The notes under the pieces were generated by a model. It searched no databases, had not been told where the DNA came from, and saw nothing but the letters and a program-made list of their open reading frames with translations. A DNA stretch of 64,000 bases from a virus, in the IMG/VR virus record IMGVR_UViG_3300048599_000546, positions 2,147-66,146 of that record, one strand, 5' to 3'. Of this stretch, positions 26,722 to 36,319 are shown piece after piece (the first letter of the stretch is position 1; each line of letters starts with the position of its first letter). The translations under genes and the position numbers were made by a program.

Positions 26722-27194
26722 TGGCCACCACCGACGTGGCGCCGATCGTCGAGGCGATCGCCGCACGCATCGAGCTCGTCGACGACATCGGGATCGTGCA
26801 CCGCCACGACCCCTACGACCACAACGACCTCCTCGTGTCGATCGTGTCCGAGATCGCCGGGATCCCGACCCTGAGGGTCTGGTGGATCGCAGGGCCGACG
26901 ATGGACTCGAGCCGGATCATCCACACGAACCACGGCGCGATCGAACGCCGGTGGCGCTACCAGATCCACGGGCTCGAGGGCCTGGACGCGAGCGGTGCGT
27001 GCATCGAAGTACTTCGTGCCAACGCGCTCGCCGTGAGCGACTCGATCGACTCCTCGGTTGACCTCGGTGGGACCGCTCACCGTTCCGACCCGTGCGTCTG
27101 GGTCCAGCAGCCCGAGCTCGCTCTCAGCGCGACCGGCGTCGCCGCGGCGCGGATCCAGCTCGTGAAGACCGTCATCACCCTCTCGTCCCCGTGA
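26721..27194 (+). CDS. Putative tail terminator
   Basis: Synteny before the tail tube; DLGG motif. Confidence 0.6.
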   Translation: MATTDVAPIVEAIAARIELVDDIGIVHRHDPYDHNDLLVSIVSEIAGIPTLRVWWIAGPTMDSSRIIHTNHGAIERRWRYQIHGLEGLDASGACIEVLRANALAVSDSIDSSVDLGGTAHRSDPCVWVQQPELALSATGVAAARIQLVKTVITLSSP

Positions 27195-27208
27195 AGGAGC
27201 CCACCCCC

Positions 27209-27646
27209 ATGACCGACACCGAGCAGGCCGCCGACTCCGGCCAGAGCGACGACGACAGCAGCGCGCCGACCGGCAGCGTCGCCGACATCGTCGCGTGGGT
27301 CGCCGGCGACGCCGGCCGAGCCAACGAAGCGCTCGCCCTCGAAGAGACCCGAAGCCGGCCCCGCACCGGTCTCGTCACGCAGCTGCAGGCCATCGCCGGC
27401 GGCGCCGAGGCCACCGTCGAGCTCGACGTTCTGCGGCCCGGACCGTGTCCCGCCGAAGGCCTGGTGCTCGCCCGATGGGTCAGCACCCAGGACATCGTCG
27501 CCGGCAACGGCCAGGGCCTCATCCGCTACGGCGACCCGATCTGGGTCGGAGCCGAGCAGATCGAGGCATCCCCCGACCTCGTCGAGTTCGTCGACGACTG
27601 GACCCCCGACGCAGCGCTCGCGGCTGTGTCCCGCAAGGAAGGCTGA
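27209..27646 (+). CDS. Hypothetical virion-region protein
   Basis: SD AAGGAG; VADIVAWVAGDAGRANEALALEE...RPRTGL. Confidence 0.65.
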   Translation: MTDTEQAADSGQSDDDSSAPTGSVADIVAWVAGDAGRANEALALEETRSRPRTGLVTQLQAIAGGAEATVELDVLRPGPCPAEGLVLARWVSTQDIVAGNGQGLIRYGDPIWVGAEQIEASPDLVEFVDDWTPDAALAAVSRKEG

Positions 27647-27649
27647 TCC

Positions 27650-28666
27650 ATGTCCTACCCCGCATCCACCAGCCGCGACTCGGTCTACCTCGGCATCGGC
27701 AAGCAGTCGAGCAAGGGCACCGGTGTCACGCCCACGGTGTTCGTGCCGTTCACGACCGAGTCGTTCGACCACGGCCAGGACGGCTCCGACGTCCGCGAGG
27801 GCGGCCTCGGCCCGTTCGTGACGCGCACCGTGAAGGAGAAGCACGACCCGTCCGGCTCGTTCGGTCTCGCGCTCCGCCCGAAGACCTTCGCCCAGCTCGC
27901 CGCGTGGTTCCTCGGCGCCGACGCCATCGCCACCGTTTCGGGGCTCACCGAGCACACCGCCACGCCGCTGCAGGCCGTCACCTGGCTCACCCTCGAGGAA
28001 GCCACCGGCCCCTCTGGCGACATCATCGACCGGATGGTCGACGTCTGCCTCAAGAGCCTCACCATCAAGGGCGAGGGCGCCGGCGAGCCGATCGCGACCG
28101 TCGAGTGGTTCGGCCTCACCCCCGGCTGGCAGGCCACCGCGCAGACCGCGACGTTCGAGACGGGCCTCTCCGGCGTCAGCCCGGGCGCGCCGTACCGCCA
28201 GCATGAGACGACCTACACCGTCGACGGCAACGCCGCCGCGAACGTCTCCGAGTACGAGATCTCGCTGAAGTGGAACTTCGACGAGGACATCCGCCTGTCG
28301 AAGGTGGTGCGGGGCCACGCGGTGAAGCTCAACATGGAGGGCACCGTCAAGGTCAAGCAGCTCCTCGACGGCGCCACCGCGGTGCAGGAGTACCGCAAGA
28401 TGATGTACGGCACGACGTCGGGCACCGCGCCGACGAACTACTTCTTCGCCGGCGGCTTCAACGTCGCCTACGACAACGGGCTGACCTCCACGAACAAGCG
28501 GACGCTCGAGCTGTCCACGCCCCACGTCGAGTGGAAGAAGCCGAAGCGCACCGACCTCAACCCCGAGGGCGAGACGTTCTACATCGAGCGCGAGGGCACG
28601 ATCTGCAAAGGGACGAACCCCTTCGCCGAGATCGTGTCGCTCACCTCCGACGTGGCGGCCTACTGA
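27650..28666 (+). CDS. Tail tube (major tail) protein
   Basis: YLGIGKQSSKGT N-terminus; 338 aa; precedes chaperone and tape measure. Confidence 0.8.
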   Translation: MSYPASTSRDSVYLGIGKQSSKGTGVTPTVFVPFTTESFDHGQDGSDVREGGLGPFVTRTVKEKHDPSGSFGLALRPKTFAQLAAWFLGADAIATVSGLTEHTATPLQAVTWLTLEEATGPSGDIIDRMVDVCLKSLTIKGEGAGEPIATVEWFGLTPGWQATAQTATFETGLSGVSPGAPYRQHETTYTVDGNAAANVSEYEISLKWNFDEDIRLSKVVRGHAVKLNMEGTVKVKQLLDGATAVQEYRKMMYGTTSGTAPTNYFFAGGFNVAYDNGLTSTNKRTLELSTPHVEWKKPKRTDLNPEGETFYIEREGTICKGTNPFAEIVSLTSDVAAY

Positions 28667-29070
28667 TGGACCGCGCAGCCGTCAACGCTCTCCTCGAGAG
28701 CGTCACCGCCAAGGTCGAGATGGGCCGGCTCGAGCTGCCCGAGCTCGGCGAGCACATCGACGTCCGCCCGGTCCGCAAGCTCGACGTGATCAACGCCGGC
28801 ATGCGCCTCGGTGACGACGTCGGCGAGGTGCCCATCGAGGTCCTCGTCGCGGTGCTCGTCGCCGTCGCGAAGACCGACGACGGCCAGAAGCTGTTCCGGT
28901 CGGTCGCGGAGGCGTCCCGGTTCATGAACGCGCTGCCCGACGACGACCTCGCCGCGCTGATGGAGCAGATGGCCAACCACATCGCCTCGGCGCTGCAGCC
29001 TGCCCAGGTCGAGGACGTCGAGGCGGGAAAAGCGTCCTCCGTGCCGAGCCAGAGATCTTCACCGTCCTAG
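28666..29070 (+). CDS. Tail assembly chaperone (gpG-like)
   Basis: Between tail tube and tape measure; in-frame slippery site G GGA AAA at 29025-29031. Confidence 0.8.
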   Translation: MDRAAVNALLESVTAKVEMGRLELPELGEHIDVRPVRKLDVINAGMRLGDDVGEVPIEVLVAVLVAVAKTDDGQKLFRSVAEASRFMNALPDDDLAALMEQMANHIASALQPAQVEDVEAGKASSVPSQRSSPS

Positions 29071-29282
29071 ACGTCGCGTACGAGTGGCGGGTCCTCCCGC
29101 CCGAGCTCGGCGAGCTCCACCCCGACGCCATCACCCTGATGGCGTCGTACATCGCGCTGCGCCGCGAGGCACGCAGCAACACCGGCTCCCACGACCGGGC
29201 CCGGAGCCGAGCCCGCACCGCCGAGGCGCAGCACCAGCGGCTCGAGGAAGAGGCGCGAGCAGCGAGAGCAGCACGCGTCTGA
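29025..29282 (+). CDS. -1 frameshift extension of tail assembly chaperone (gpGT-like)
   Basis: The -1 frame is open from the slippery site (GKSVLRAEPEIFTVLDVAYEW...) to TGA 29280-29282. Confidence 0.75.
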   Translation, partial: GKSVLRAEPEIFTVLDVAYEWRVLPPELGELHPDAITLMASYIALRREARSNTGSHDRARSRARTAEAQHQRLEEEARAARAARV

Positions 29283-29303
29283 CCCCCCGATTGGAGGTGA
29301 CCG

Positions 29304-31811
29304 ATGGGCGACTACGTCGAGTCGATCACCTACAAGGCGGACATCGACGACGTGAAGCGCAAGCTTCGCCAGCTCGAGGACGCCCAGGACGACGCCGCCA
29401 AGTCGTCCGAGTCGAGCGGCGGCCGCATGTCGCAGGCGTGGGACAAGGCCCGCGGTGCGCTGGGCCCGCTGATGACCGCGGTGAAGGCCGTCGCCGCGGT
29501 CACGATCGGCGCAGCGGTGGCCGCCGGCGGCTGGGGCCTGTCGGTCGCAGCGGAGACCGAGACCGCGATGGTCGGGTTCGAGACACTCCTCGGATCCGGA
29601 CAGGCCGCCCAGGCGTTCATGAGCGACCTGTCCGACTTCGCGGCCCGCACGCCGTTCGAGATGGCGGGGCTGCGCAACTCCGCGTCGCAGATGCTCGCCG
29701 CCGGCCTCGAGGCGAACCGGGTGATCCCGATCATGGAGACCCTCGGCGACGCCACCGCGGCGATGGGCACCGGCGAGGAAGGCATCGCGCAGGCCACCCG
29801 CGCCCTGAACCAGATGGCGGTCAAGGGCAAGGTCACCGGCGAGGAGATGCTGCAGCTCGCCGAGGCCGGCATCCCCGCGTGGGACGCCCTCGCGTCGAAG
29901 CTCGGCGTCGACGTCGCCACCGCCCAGGAGATGGTCACCAAGGGCCAGGTCGGCGTGAACGACATCTTCGCGGCGATCGAGGAGAAGGCCGGCCCCGCGC
30001 TCGGCCGGGTCACCGGGATGATGGAGACCCAGTCCCAGACCCTGTCCGGGATGCTCGCCACGCTGAAGGACACTGCGGCGATCGAGCTCGGCAAGGCCGC
30101 CGCGCCGCTCGTCGACTCGCTCAAGGATGCGCTGCCCCAGATCACCACCATGATCGGGCCCCTCGCCGGCACCCTGTCGACCACGTTCGGGGCGCTGGTC
30201 CCGCTGATCCTCACCGTCGTCGGCGCGCTGCAGCCCGTCATCATGTCCGTCGGCGGGGTCGTCGCGTCGCTCGCGATGGGTCTCGCGCCGATCATCCAGC
30301 GGATCACGCCGTTCATCGCGCAGCTGGTCGAGGTCCTCGCCAACTCGCTCAACGGTGCCCTCGACGCGCTGCTGCCCGTGCTCGGCGACCTGCTGGCCTC
30401 GATCGCTCCGCTGCTGCCGATCATCGGCCGCCTCGCCGGCACCGTGCTCCTCACCCTCGCGGACATCCTCGTCGCGCTGCTGCCGGCGCTGACCCCGATC
30501 CTCGACATCTTCGTCGAGATCGCCGACCAGATCGTCACCGCGCTCGCTCCGGTGCTCGAGCAGCTCGCCCCCGTGTTCGCCGAGCTCGCAGCGTTCATCG
30601 GCCCCGTGCTCGTCGAGATGGCCGAACCGCTGCAGGAGCTCATCACCGCTCTGCTCCCACCGCTCGCCGAGTTGCTCCTCGCCCTGCTGCCGATCATGGT
30701 GCCGCTGCTGAAGCTCGGCCTCATCCCGACCATCGTCGTGCTCAACGCCCTCAACGCTGCCGTGGTGCCCCTGGTGACCTGGCTCGCCGATCGGCTCACG
30801 CCGGCGTTCGAGAAGCTCGGCGAGTGGACCACGAAGGCCGGCGACGCTCTCGACGGGCTCAGCGTCGAGAAGGTCAACGAGGCGCTCGCCAGCCTGTGGG
30901 GCTGGCTCCAGGACCTCCCCGCGAAGATCTGGGCGCTCGCCTCCGACGCCGCCGGGTGGCTCGTCGACGCCGGCGCCGATCTGATCACCGGGTTCCTTGA
31001 GGGAACGACCAACACCATCTCCACGGTGTCGACCTGGTGGATCGGGCTCCCGCCAATGCTGCTCGGCTGGCTCGGCGACGCCACCCTCTGGCTCGTCGGC
31101 AAGGGCACCGACGCCGTGGGCGGGCTGCTGCAGGGCGCCGTCAACGTGGTGGGCACCCTCGCCGAGTGGTGGCTCGCGATGCCGGGCCGTCTCCTCGAGT
31201 GGCTGGCCAACGCCGCCGGGTGGCTCGTGCAGAAGGGCGTCGACACCGTCGGCGGGTTCGTGTGGGGCGTCGCGTCCGTGGCGGAGAACGTGTGGTCGTT
31301 CTTCCGGAACCTCCCGGCCAACATCGTCAACACCATCGGCAACCTCGGCGGCACGCTGCTGCAGGCGGGCAAGGACCTGGTCGACGGGCTCCTGTCCGGG
31401 ATCCGGTCGTTCGGCTCGACCGCGATCGACTGGGCGCGCGGTGTGGCGATCGACATCGCCAACGCGATCCTCGGGCCCGTCAACCGGGCGATCCAGGCGA
31501 TCAACGACATGATCCCCAACTCGATCGGCATCGGCCCGGTCACGATCGACCTGCCCGACAACCCGTTCCCGGCCCTGCCGCGGTTCCACTCCGGTGGCGT
31601 CGTACCCGGTGCGCCCGGCGCCGAGGTCCTCGCCGTGCTGCAGGGCGGCGAACGCGTCCTCACCGCGGACCAGGACCGTGAGATCACACGGCTGCTCGCC
31701 GGCCTCACCGCGGCCGGAGGCGGCCGGACGACCATCGAGAACATGAACGTCCACCCGCGGGGATCCGCCCGCGAGTGGCTCGACGAGGGCCTCTGGAGGC
31801 TTGCCGGATGA
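29304..31811 (+). CDS. Tape measure protein
   Basis: FAARTPFE...KGKVTGEEMLQLAEAGIP; Pro/Leu and Trp periodic repeats; FHSGGVVPG...LQGGERVL C-terminus. Confidence 0.93.
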   Translation: MGDYVESITYKADIDDVKRKLRQLEDAQDDAAKSSESSGGRMSQAWDKARGALGPLMTAVKAVAAVTIGAAVAAGGWGLSVAAETETAMVGFETLLGSGQAAQAFMSDLSDFAARTPFEMAGLRNSASQMLAAGLEANRVIPIMETLGDATAAMGTGEEGIAQATRALNQMAVKGKVTGEEMLQLAEAGIPAWDALASKLGVDVATAQEMVTKGQVGVNDIFAAIEEKAGPALGRVTGMMETQSQTLSGMLATLKDTAAIELGKAAAPLVDSLKDALPQITTMIGPLAGTLSTTFGALVPLILTVVGALQPVIMSVGGVVASLAMGLAPIIQRITPFIAQLVEVLANSLNGALDALLPVLGDLLASIAPLLPIIGRLAGTVLLTLADILVALLPALTPILDIFVEIADQIVTALAPVLEQLAPVFAELAAFIGPVLVEMAEPLQELITALLPPLAELLLALLPIMVPLLKLGLIPTIVVLNALNAAVVPLVTWLADRLTPAFEKLGEWTTKAGDALDGLSVEKVNEALASLWGWLQDLPAKIWALASDAAGWLVDAGADLITGFLEGTTNTISTVSTWWIGLPPMLLGWLGDATLWLVGKGTDAVGGLLQGAVNVVGTLAEWWLAMPGRLLEWLANAAGWLVQKGVDTVGGFVWGVASVAENVWSFFRNLPANIVNTIGNLGGTLLQAGKDLVDGLLSGIRSFGSTAIDWARGVAIDIANAILGPVNRAIQAINDMIPNSIGIGPVTIDLPDNPFPALPRFHSGGVVPGAPGAEVLAVLQGGERVLTADQDREITRLLAGLTAAGGGRTTIENMNVHPRGSAREWLDEGLWRLAG

Positions 31812-32641
31812 CCGCTGGGGATCTCGTCACCGCGTCCGGTGAGCTCGAGCTGCGCGAGCTGCTCCACGGCGGCGCCACCCCGATCGTGCTCACCCAGTTC
31901 GACCCGTGGGTCGCTCCGGTCGTGCGGGCCGACGACTTCACCACCGAGGGCCGCGACGGAGCGATCTCGGGCGACGAGCTCATGGGCGTCCGCCAGATCC
32001 CGCTCGAATGCTACGTGCAGGCCGGCTCAGACGCCGCCAGCCGGGCTGCACGGGCCGAGCTCACCGCGGCGTGGGCGCCGTCCCGCGTCGATCTCCCGCT
32101 CGTCTGGGAGGACGACGGCGGCCGCTGGTGCGTGTTCGGCCGGCCCCGCGGCGCGTCGAGCCGCGACCAGCCGGCGTTCCCGACGTCGTGCCGGTTCGCG
32201 GCGATGGACCCGCTGATCTACTCCGCCGACGAGGAGACCCGGTCCCTCGGGCTCTCGCCGCCGACCGGCGGCCTCGAGTTCCCCCTCGAGTTCCCCCTCG
32301 TGTTCGGCTCCGGGTCGACCCCGCCGCTGATCACCGCGACGAACGACGGCACCGCGGACGTCCCGTGGCGCGCCGTGTTCACCGGCCCGTGGACCAACCC
32401 GCTGGTCGAGCTCGTCGACACCGGCGACCAGGTCCGCGTCATCGGCACCGTCGCGTCGGGCCAGACCCTGACGATCGACTCCTCCGACGGATCGATCGTG
32501 CTCGACACCTCCGCGCGGCTCGGGTGGATCCACTCCGCGACGCGCTGGTGGCGGATCCCGCCCGGCAGCCACTCGGTGCGGATCACCGGCTCGGCCGGCT
32601 CCGGCGGGGCGACGTTCATGTGGCGACACGGATGGAAGTGA
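31808..32641 (+). CDS. Distal tail (Dit-like) protein
   Basis: Follows the tape measure gene; FAAMDPLIYS, GLEFPLEFPLVFG, NDGTADVP...GPWTNP. Confidence 0.78.
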   Translation: MTAGDLVTASGELELRELLHGGATPIVLTQFDPWVAPVVRADDFTTEGRDGAISGDELMGVRQIPLECYVQAGSDAASRAARAELTAAWAPSRVDLPLVWEDDGGRWCVFGRPRGASSRDQPAFPTSCRFAAMDPLIYSADEETRSLGLSPPTGGLEFPLEFPLVFGSGSTPPLITATNDGTADVPWRAVFTGPWTNPLVELVDTGDQVRVIGTVASGQTLTIDSSDGSIVLDTSARLGWIHSATRWWRIPPGSHSVRITGSAGSGGATFMWRHGWK

Positions 32642-32648
32642 GGTCCTG

Positions 32649-33554
32649 ATGGCCGAGGTCAACCCGCCGATCTTCATGGAGGCCGGCTCGGGCAGCTACT
32701 ACACCGAGCAGTTCCGCCGGATGCTCGAGGGGCTGATGGGCCCGGGCGTCGCGCGTCCGGGCCACCTCGCTGTCACGCAGACGCTGACGCCGTCGCTCGG
32801 CGTTGCGGTGGCCGAGGGGCTCGGGTTCATCCAGGGCACGTCGAACGCGTACCAGGGCGTCTACGGCATCGAGGAGCGCGGCGGCACCGCGTCGCTGCCG
32901 ATCACGACGCCGCACGCGTCGCTGGCGCGCAAGGATCTCGTGATCGCCCGGATGCGTGACGCGTGGTACGCCGGGGCGGACAACGAGTGGGAGCTGGCCA
33001 TCATCGCCGGCACCCCGCACGCCTCGCCCGCCCGGCCCGCGACGCCGGCATCGTCGATCGACCTCGCCGAGATCAACGTGGGCGCGGGCGCGGCGTCGAT
33101 CGTGAACGCGAACATCACCGACCTGCGCTCGCTCGCCCGCCCGTGGAACGTGCCGTGGGGCATCCTCCCCGGGTTCGTGGCCACGAAGACCTCCGACTTC
33201 TCCGGGTGGGCCGCCGGGCCGTCGGAGATGACCTCGTTTCAGGTGTCTGCAGCACACCTGGCCGGCCGCCGCTACCGGGTCTCGGCGAACCTGCGTGGCT
33301 ACGGCAGCGCGGCGGCGAACCTGCTGGTGCAGCTCTACGACTCGACGGCGCTCGCCGTCGTTCAGGAGTCGTCCCAGCACGTGTCCACCGGCGGCGCGGA
33401 TGCCAACTGGTTCCTCGCCTCGGCGCCGCTGACGCCAGGCGCCGGCACGAAGGTCTGGAAGATCCGATGTGGTGCCTCCGCCGGCACCGGCACCATCGTC
33501 GGCGGATCCACCCGGCCGATCGTGCTCACCGTCGAGGACATCGGCCCCGCATGA
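32649..33554 (+). CDS. Minor tail protein
   Basis: ARKDLVIAR...GTPHASP..P..P...LAEI...ITDLR pattern of actinophage tail proteins. Confidence 0.72.
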   Translation: MAEVNPPIFMEAGSGSYYTEQFRRMLEGLMGPGVARPGHLAVTQTLTPSLGVAVAEGLGFIQGTSNAYQGVYGIEERGGTASLPITTPHASLARKDLVIARMRDAWYAGADNEWELAIIAGTPHASPARPATPASSIDLAEINVGAGAASIVNANITDLRSLARPWNVPWGILPGFVATKTSDFSGWAAGPSEMTSFQVSAAHLAGRRYRVSANLRGYGSAAANLLVQLYDSTALAVVQESSQHVSTGGADANWFLASAPLTPGAGTKVWKIRCGASAGTGTIVGGSTRPIVLTVEDIGPA

Positions 33555-34651
33555 CCGGCCGCTACGGGTACCTCGCCGAGACGCTGCGCGGCGAGCTGGT
33601 CAGCCTCGGCGAGATGCCACTCACCGACGTCACCTACGGGCGCGTGCGCAACGGTGTCGGCGAGATCTCCGCGAACCTCGCGCTCTCCCCCAAGTTCGCC
33701 GTCGCGTCCGCACAGATCGACGCCACGCGCCGCTGGCGGGTCGTCCACGTCGAGCGCGACCACAGCGTCATGGGCACCTACGTGTGGTGGGCACGGCGCT
33801 ACGACCGTGCCCGGCGGCGGCTCGTGCTCAAGGGCGCCGAGCTCTGGTCGCTCGTGCGCCGCGTCACGTTCGCACGAACGGTCACCTACACGAACGTCGA
33901 CCAGGCCTACGTCGCGTCCCAGGTCCTCACCTGGCTGTTCGCGCAGCACGGCGCCGACTACGGCATCACCGTCACCGCTCCCTCCACCGGCAGGGTCCGC
34001 ACCCGCTCCTACTACAGCTACGAGCAGAAGCCCGTCGGCGAGATCATCGAGCAGCTCGGCGCCGTGATCGACGGGTTCGACTGGTCGCTCGACACCACCC
34101 GAGTCGGCGACTCGATCGAGCGCAGCTGGCGTCTCCACTACCCGCGCGTCGGCCGCCCCGCGTCGCAGAACCAGCTCATCGTCGAGGTCGGCGCCGCCGG
34201 CGTCGAGCTCGGCTCGTTCGACGAAGACGCCTCCGACGCCTCGACCCGCCACACAGCGATCGGCGCTGGCGACGGCACGAGCATGCTGACCGCCACCGAG
34301 ATCGACAGCCTCGCGATCTCCCGCGGCGACCCGCTGCTCGACACGACCGCGTCGTACAAGGACATCAAGGTCGCGTCGACGTTGCGGTCCCACGCTGTCC
34401 GCGGCCTCTTCGAGCACCAGCCACTCGCCGGCATCCCCAGCGTCGTGCTCCCCGCGGACTACCCCGGTGCGCCCCTCGGGAGCTACGTCGCCGGCGACGA
34501 CATCCGCGTCCGGGTACCACCTCGCACCGATCCGTTCTGGCCCGACGGCCTCGACCGGCCCCACCGGATCAAGTCGTGGAAGGCGCGCCCACCCAAGGAC
34601 GGAGAGGTCGAGCTCGTCGAGCTCACGTTCGAGGAGGTCCCGGCTGCATGA
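33551..34651 (+). CDS. Minor tail/baseplate hub protein (ReqiPepy6 Gp37-like)
   Basis: Synteny; GEIIEQLGAVIDGFDW, AIGAGDG, YVAGDDIRV. Confidence 0.7.
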   Translation: MTGRYGYLAETLRGELVSLGEMPLTDVTYGRVRNGVGEISANLALSPKFAVASAQIDATRRWRVVHVERDHSVMGTYVWWARRYDRARRRLVLKGAELWSLVRRVTFARTVTYTNVDQAYVASQVLTWLFAQHGADYGITVTAPSTGRVRTRSYYSYEQKPVGEIIEQLGAVIDGFDWSLDTTRVGDSIERSWRLHYPRVGRPASQNQLIVEVGAAGVELGSFDEDASDASTRHTAIGAGDGTSMLTATEIDSLAISRGDPLLDTTASYKDIKVASTLRSHAVRGLFEHQPLAGIPSVVLPADYPGAPLGSYVAGDDIRVRVPPRTDPFWPDGLDRPHRIKSWKARPPKDGEVELVELTFEEVPAA

Positions 34652-35160
34652 GCGCGGAGCTCGCCGACATCCTGCGCCGCCTGCGCAACCTCGAGACCGC
34701 CGCACGGCTCGGGTTCGACTCCACCGCCGAGCACACGCTCAACGCGTTCGGCCAGGCGCCCCAGACCGTCTACAGCGACCTCACCTGGCCGAGCCCGCCC
34801 GGGGTCGGCCCGACCGTCGACGTCGACGTGCCCGAGTCCGGCAGGCTCCTGGTGACCGCGTCGTGCCAGTGCGGGCTCCGCACCGCGCCGCCGTCGATCG
34901 ACTCCATGAACGGCTGGATGGCGGTCGTCGCGACCGGTTCGAACGTGGGACCGGTCCTGACTACGAACACCATGCTCGAGGGCGCCGGCACCGCGGTCGT
35001 GCGCACCATGACGCCGATCTCGGCCACCCGAGTCCTCATCGGGCTGCAGCCGGGCCCCACGACCCTGACCATGAAGTACTGGACCACCGCGTTCGGTACC
35101 GATCTCTCGACAGCGTTCGCGGACTACGAGAGCCGCTCTCTCACGGTGATCCCGCTGTGA
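34648..35160 (+). CDS. Minor tail protein
   Basis: LADILRRLRNLETA coiled coil followed by a beta domain. Confidence 0.65.
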   Translation: MSAELADILRRLRNLETAARLGFDSTAEHTLNAFGQAPQTVYSDLTWPSPPGVGPTVDVDVPESGRLLVTASCQCGLRTAPPSIDSMNGWMAVVATGSNVGPVLTTNTMLEGAGTAVVRTMTPISATRVLIGLQPGPTTLTMKYWTTAFGTDLSTAFADYESRSLTVIPL

Positions 35161-35480
35161 TCGCCGCGCTGCCGCAGATCGTGGTCGACATGGGCGCCCT
35201 CGCCGGCGTCACCGTCGCGCTCTCGACGCTCACTGCGCTGGTGTGGCGCACGCCGCCGGTTCGGTGGCTGCGGGACCAGATCCGAGAGGACCGCGAGGAG
35301 CGCCTCGAGGCCGCTGTCGCCAAGGCCGTGCAGCCGCTCGCCGCCAAGGTCGACCAGCTCGTCGAGGACTTCGAGAAGCACCAGACCTACGTGGGCCACC
35401 ACCTGGGGCCCAACGACACGACCAAGCCCGTTCACGAGCGTCTCATTTCGCTCGAGATCGCACACGGAATCGAGGACTGA
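35157..35480 (+). CDS. Membrane protein (holin-like/lysis accessory)
   Basis: N-terminal TM plus coiled coil, directly before the endolysin. Confidence 0.6.
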   Translation: MIAALPQIVVDMGALAGVTVALSTLTALVWRTPPVRWLRDQIREDREERLEAAVAKAVQPLAAKVDQLVEDFEKHQTYVGHHLGPNDTTKPVHERLISLEIAHGIED

Positions 35481-36316
35481 TGTCGTTCCTGATCGACAAC
35501 CCGCCGCGGCGGAGCCAGTACCGCCGGCCGCGCCGTGAAGACCCCTCCGGGGTGATCGCGGTGCACACTGCGGAGAACACCCCGGATCTCGTCGCGTTCG
35601 ACGGTGGCGCCGAGGCCGTGGCCAGGTTCATCCAGGGGCGTTCCGACCCCGGCTCGTACCACGAGCTCGTCGACTCCGACTCGGGCATCAACCTGGTGCC
35701 CTACGACGCCGAGGCCTTCCACGACGGCACCGGCACCAACCCGCACTCGCTCGGCCTGTCGTTCGCGACCCGGGCCGACGTGTGGCCCCTCGCGCCGCAG
35801 GCGTGGCGCGACGGTGCGATCGAGCAAGGCGCACAGCGCGCCTTCAACATGGCCCGCTGGATCCGACACCGCACCGGCATCGTCGTGCCCGCACGCCGCA
35901 TCTCCGCCGCTGAGGCCCGGGCCCGAACCCCCGGGTTCGTCACGCACGCCGAGCTCGACCCCGGCCGCCGTTCCGACCCCGGCCGAGCGTTCCCGTTCGA
36001 CCAGTTCCTGGGCCGCTTCGACGAGCTCATGGGCGGCGCGCCGGCGCCGGCACCAGCACCCGTTCCCGAGGAGGACAACACCATGTACATCCGCGACACC
36101 GACACCCAGCGCGTCTGGAGCGTCACCGATGAGACGTTCCGGTGGATCGGCGCCGACGTCTTCACCGCTCGGGACAACTTCGTTCGGCTCACCACCGGCA
36201 AGCCCATCGCGGTCGCTGCGATGACCTCCGAGCAGCTCGTCGAGTTCGTCGACGCCCACGGCCTCATCGAGCTCCCCGGCCCGGCGATGCCGGGCGCGAC
36301 CCGCGGCGAGGGCTGA
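35480..36316 (+). CDS. Endolysin, N-acetylmuramoyl-L-alanine amidase (Amidase_2)
   Basis: IAVHTAE...GSYH...AFH...N.HSLGL...THAEL...RRSDPG; PAPAP linker then a short C-terminal domain. Confidence 0.88.
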   Translation: MSFLIDNPPRRSQYRRPRREDPSGVIAVHTAENTPDLVAFDGGAEAVARFIQGRSDPGSYHELVDSDSGINLVPYDAEAFHDGTGTNPHSLGLSFATRADVWPLAPQAWRDGAIEQGAQRAFNMARWIRHRTGIVVPARRISAAEARARTPGFVTHAELDPGRRSDPGRAFPFDQFLGRFDELMGGAPAPAPAPVPEEDNTMYIRDTDTQRVWSVTDETFRWIGADVFTARDNFVRLTTGKPIAVAAMTSEQLVEFVDAHGLIELPGPAMPGATRGEG

Positions 36317-36319
36317 GCG

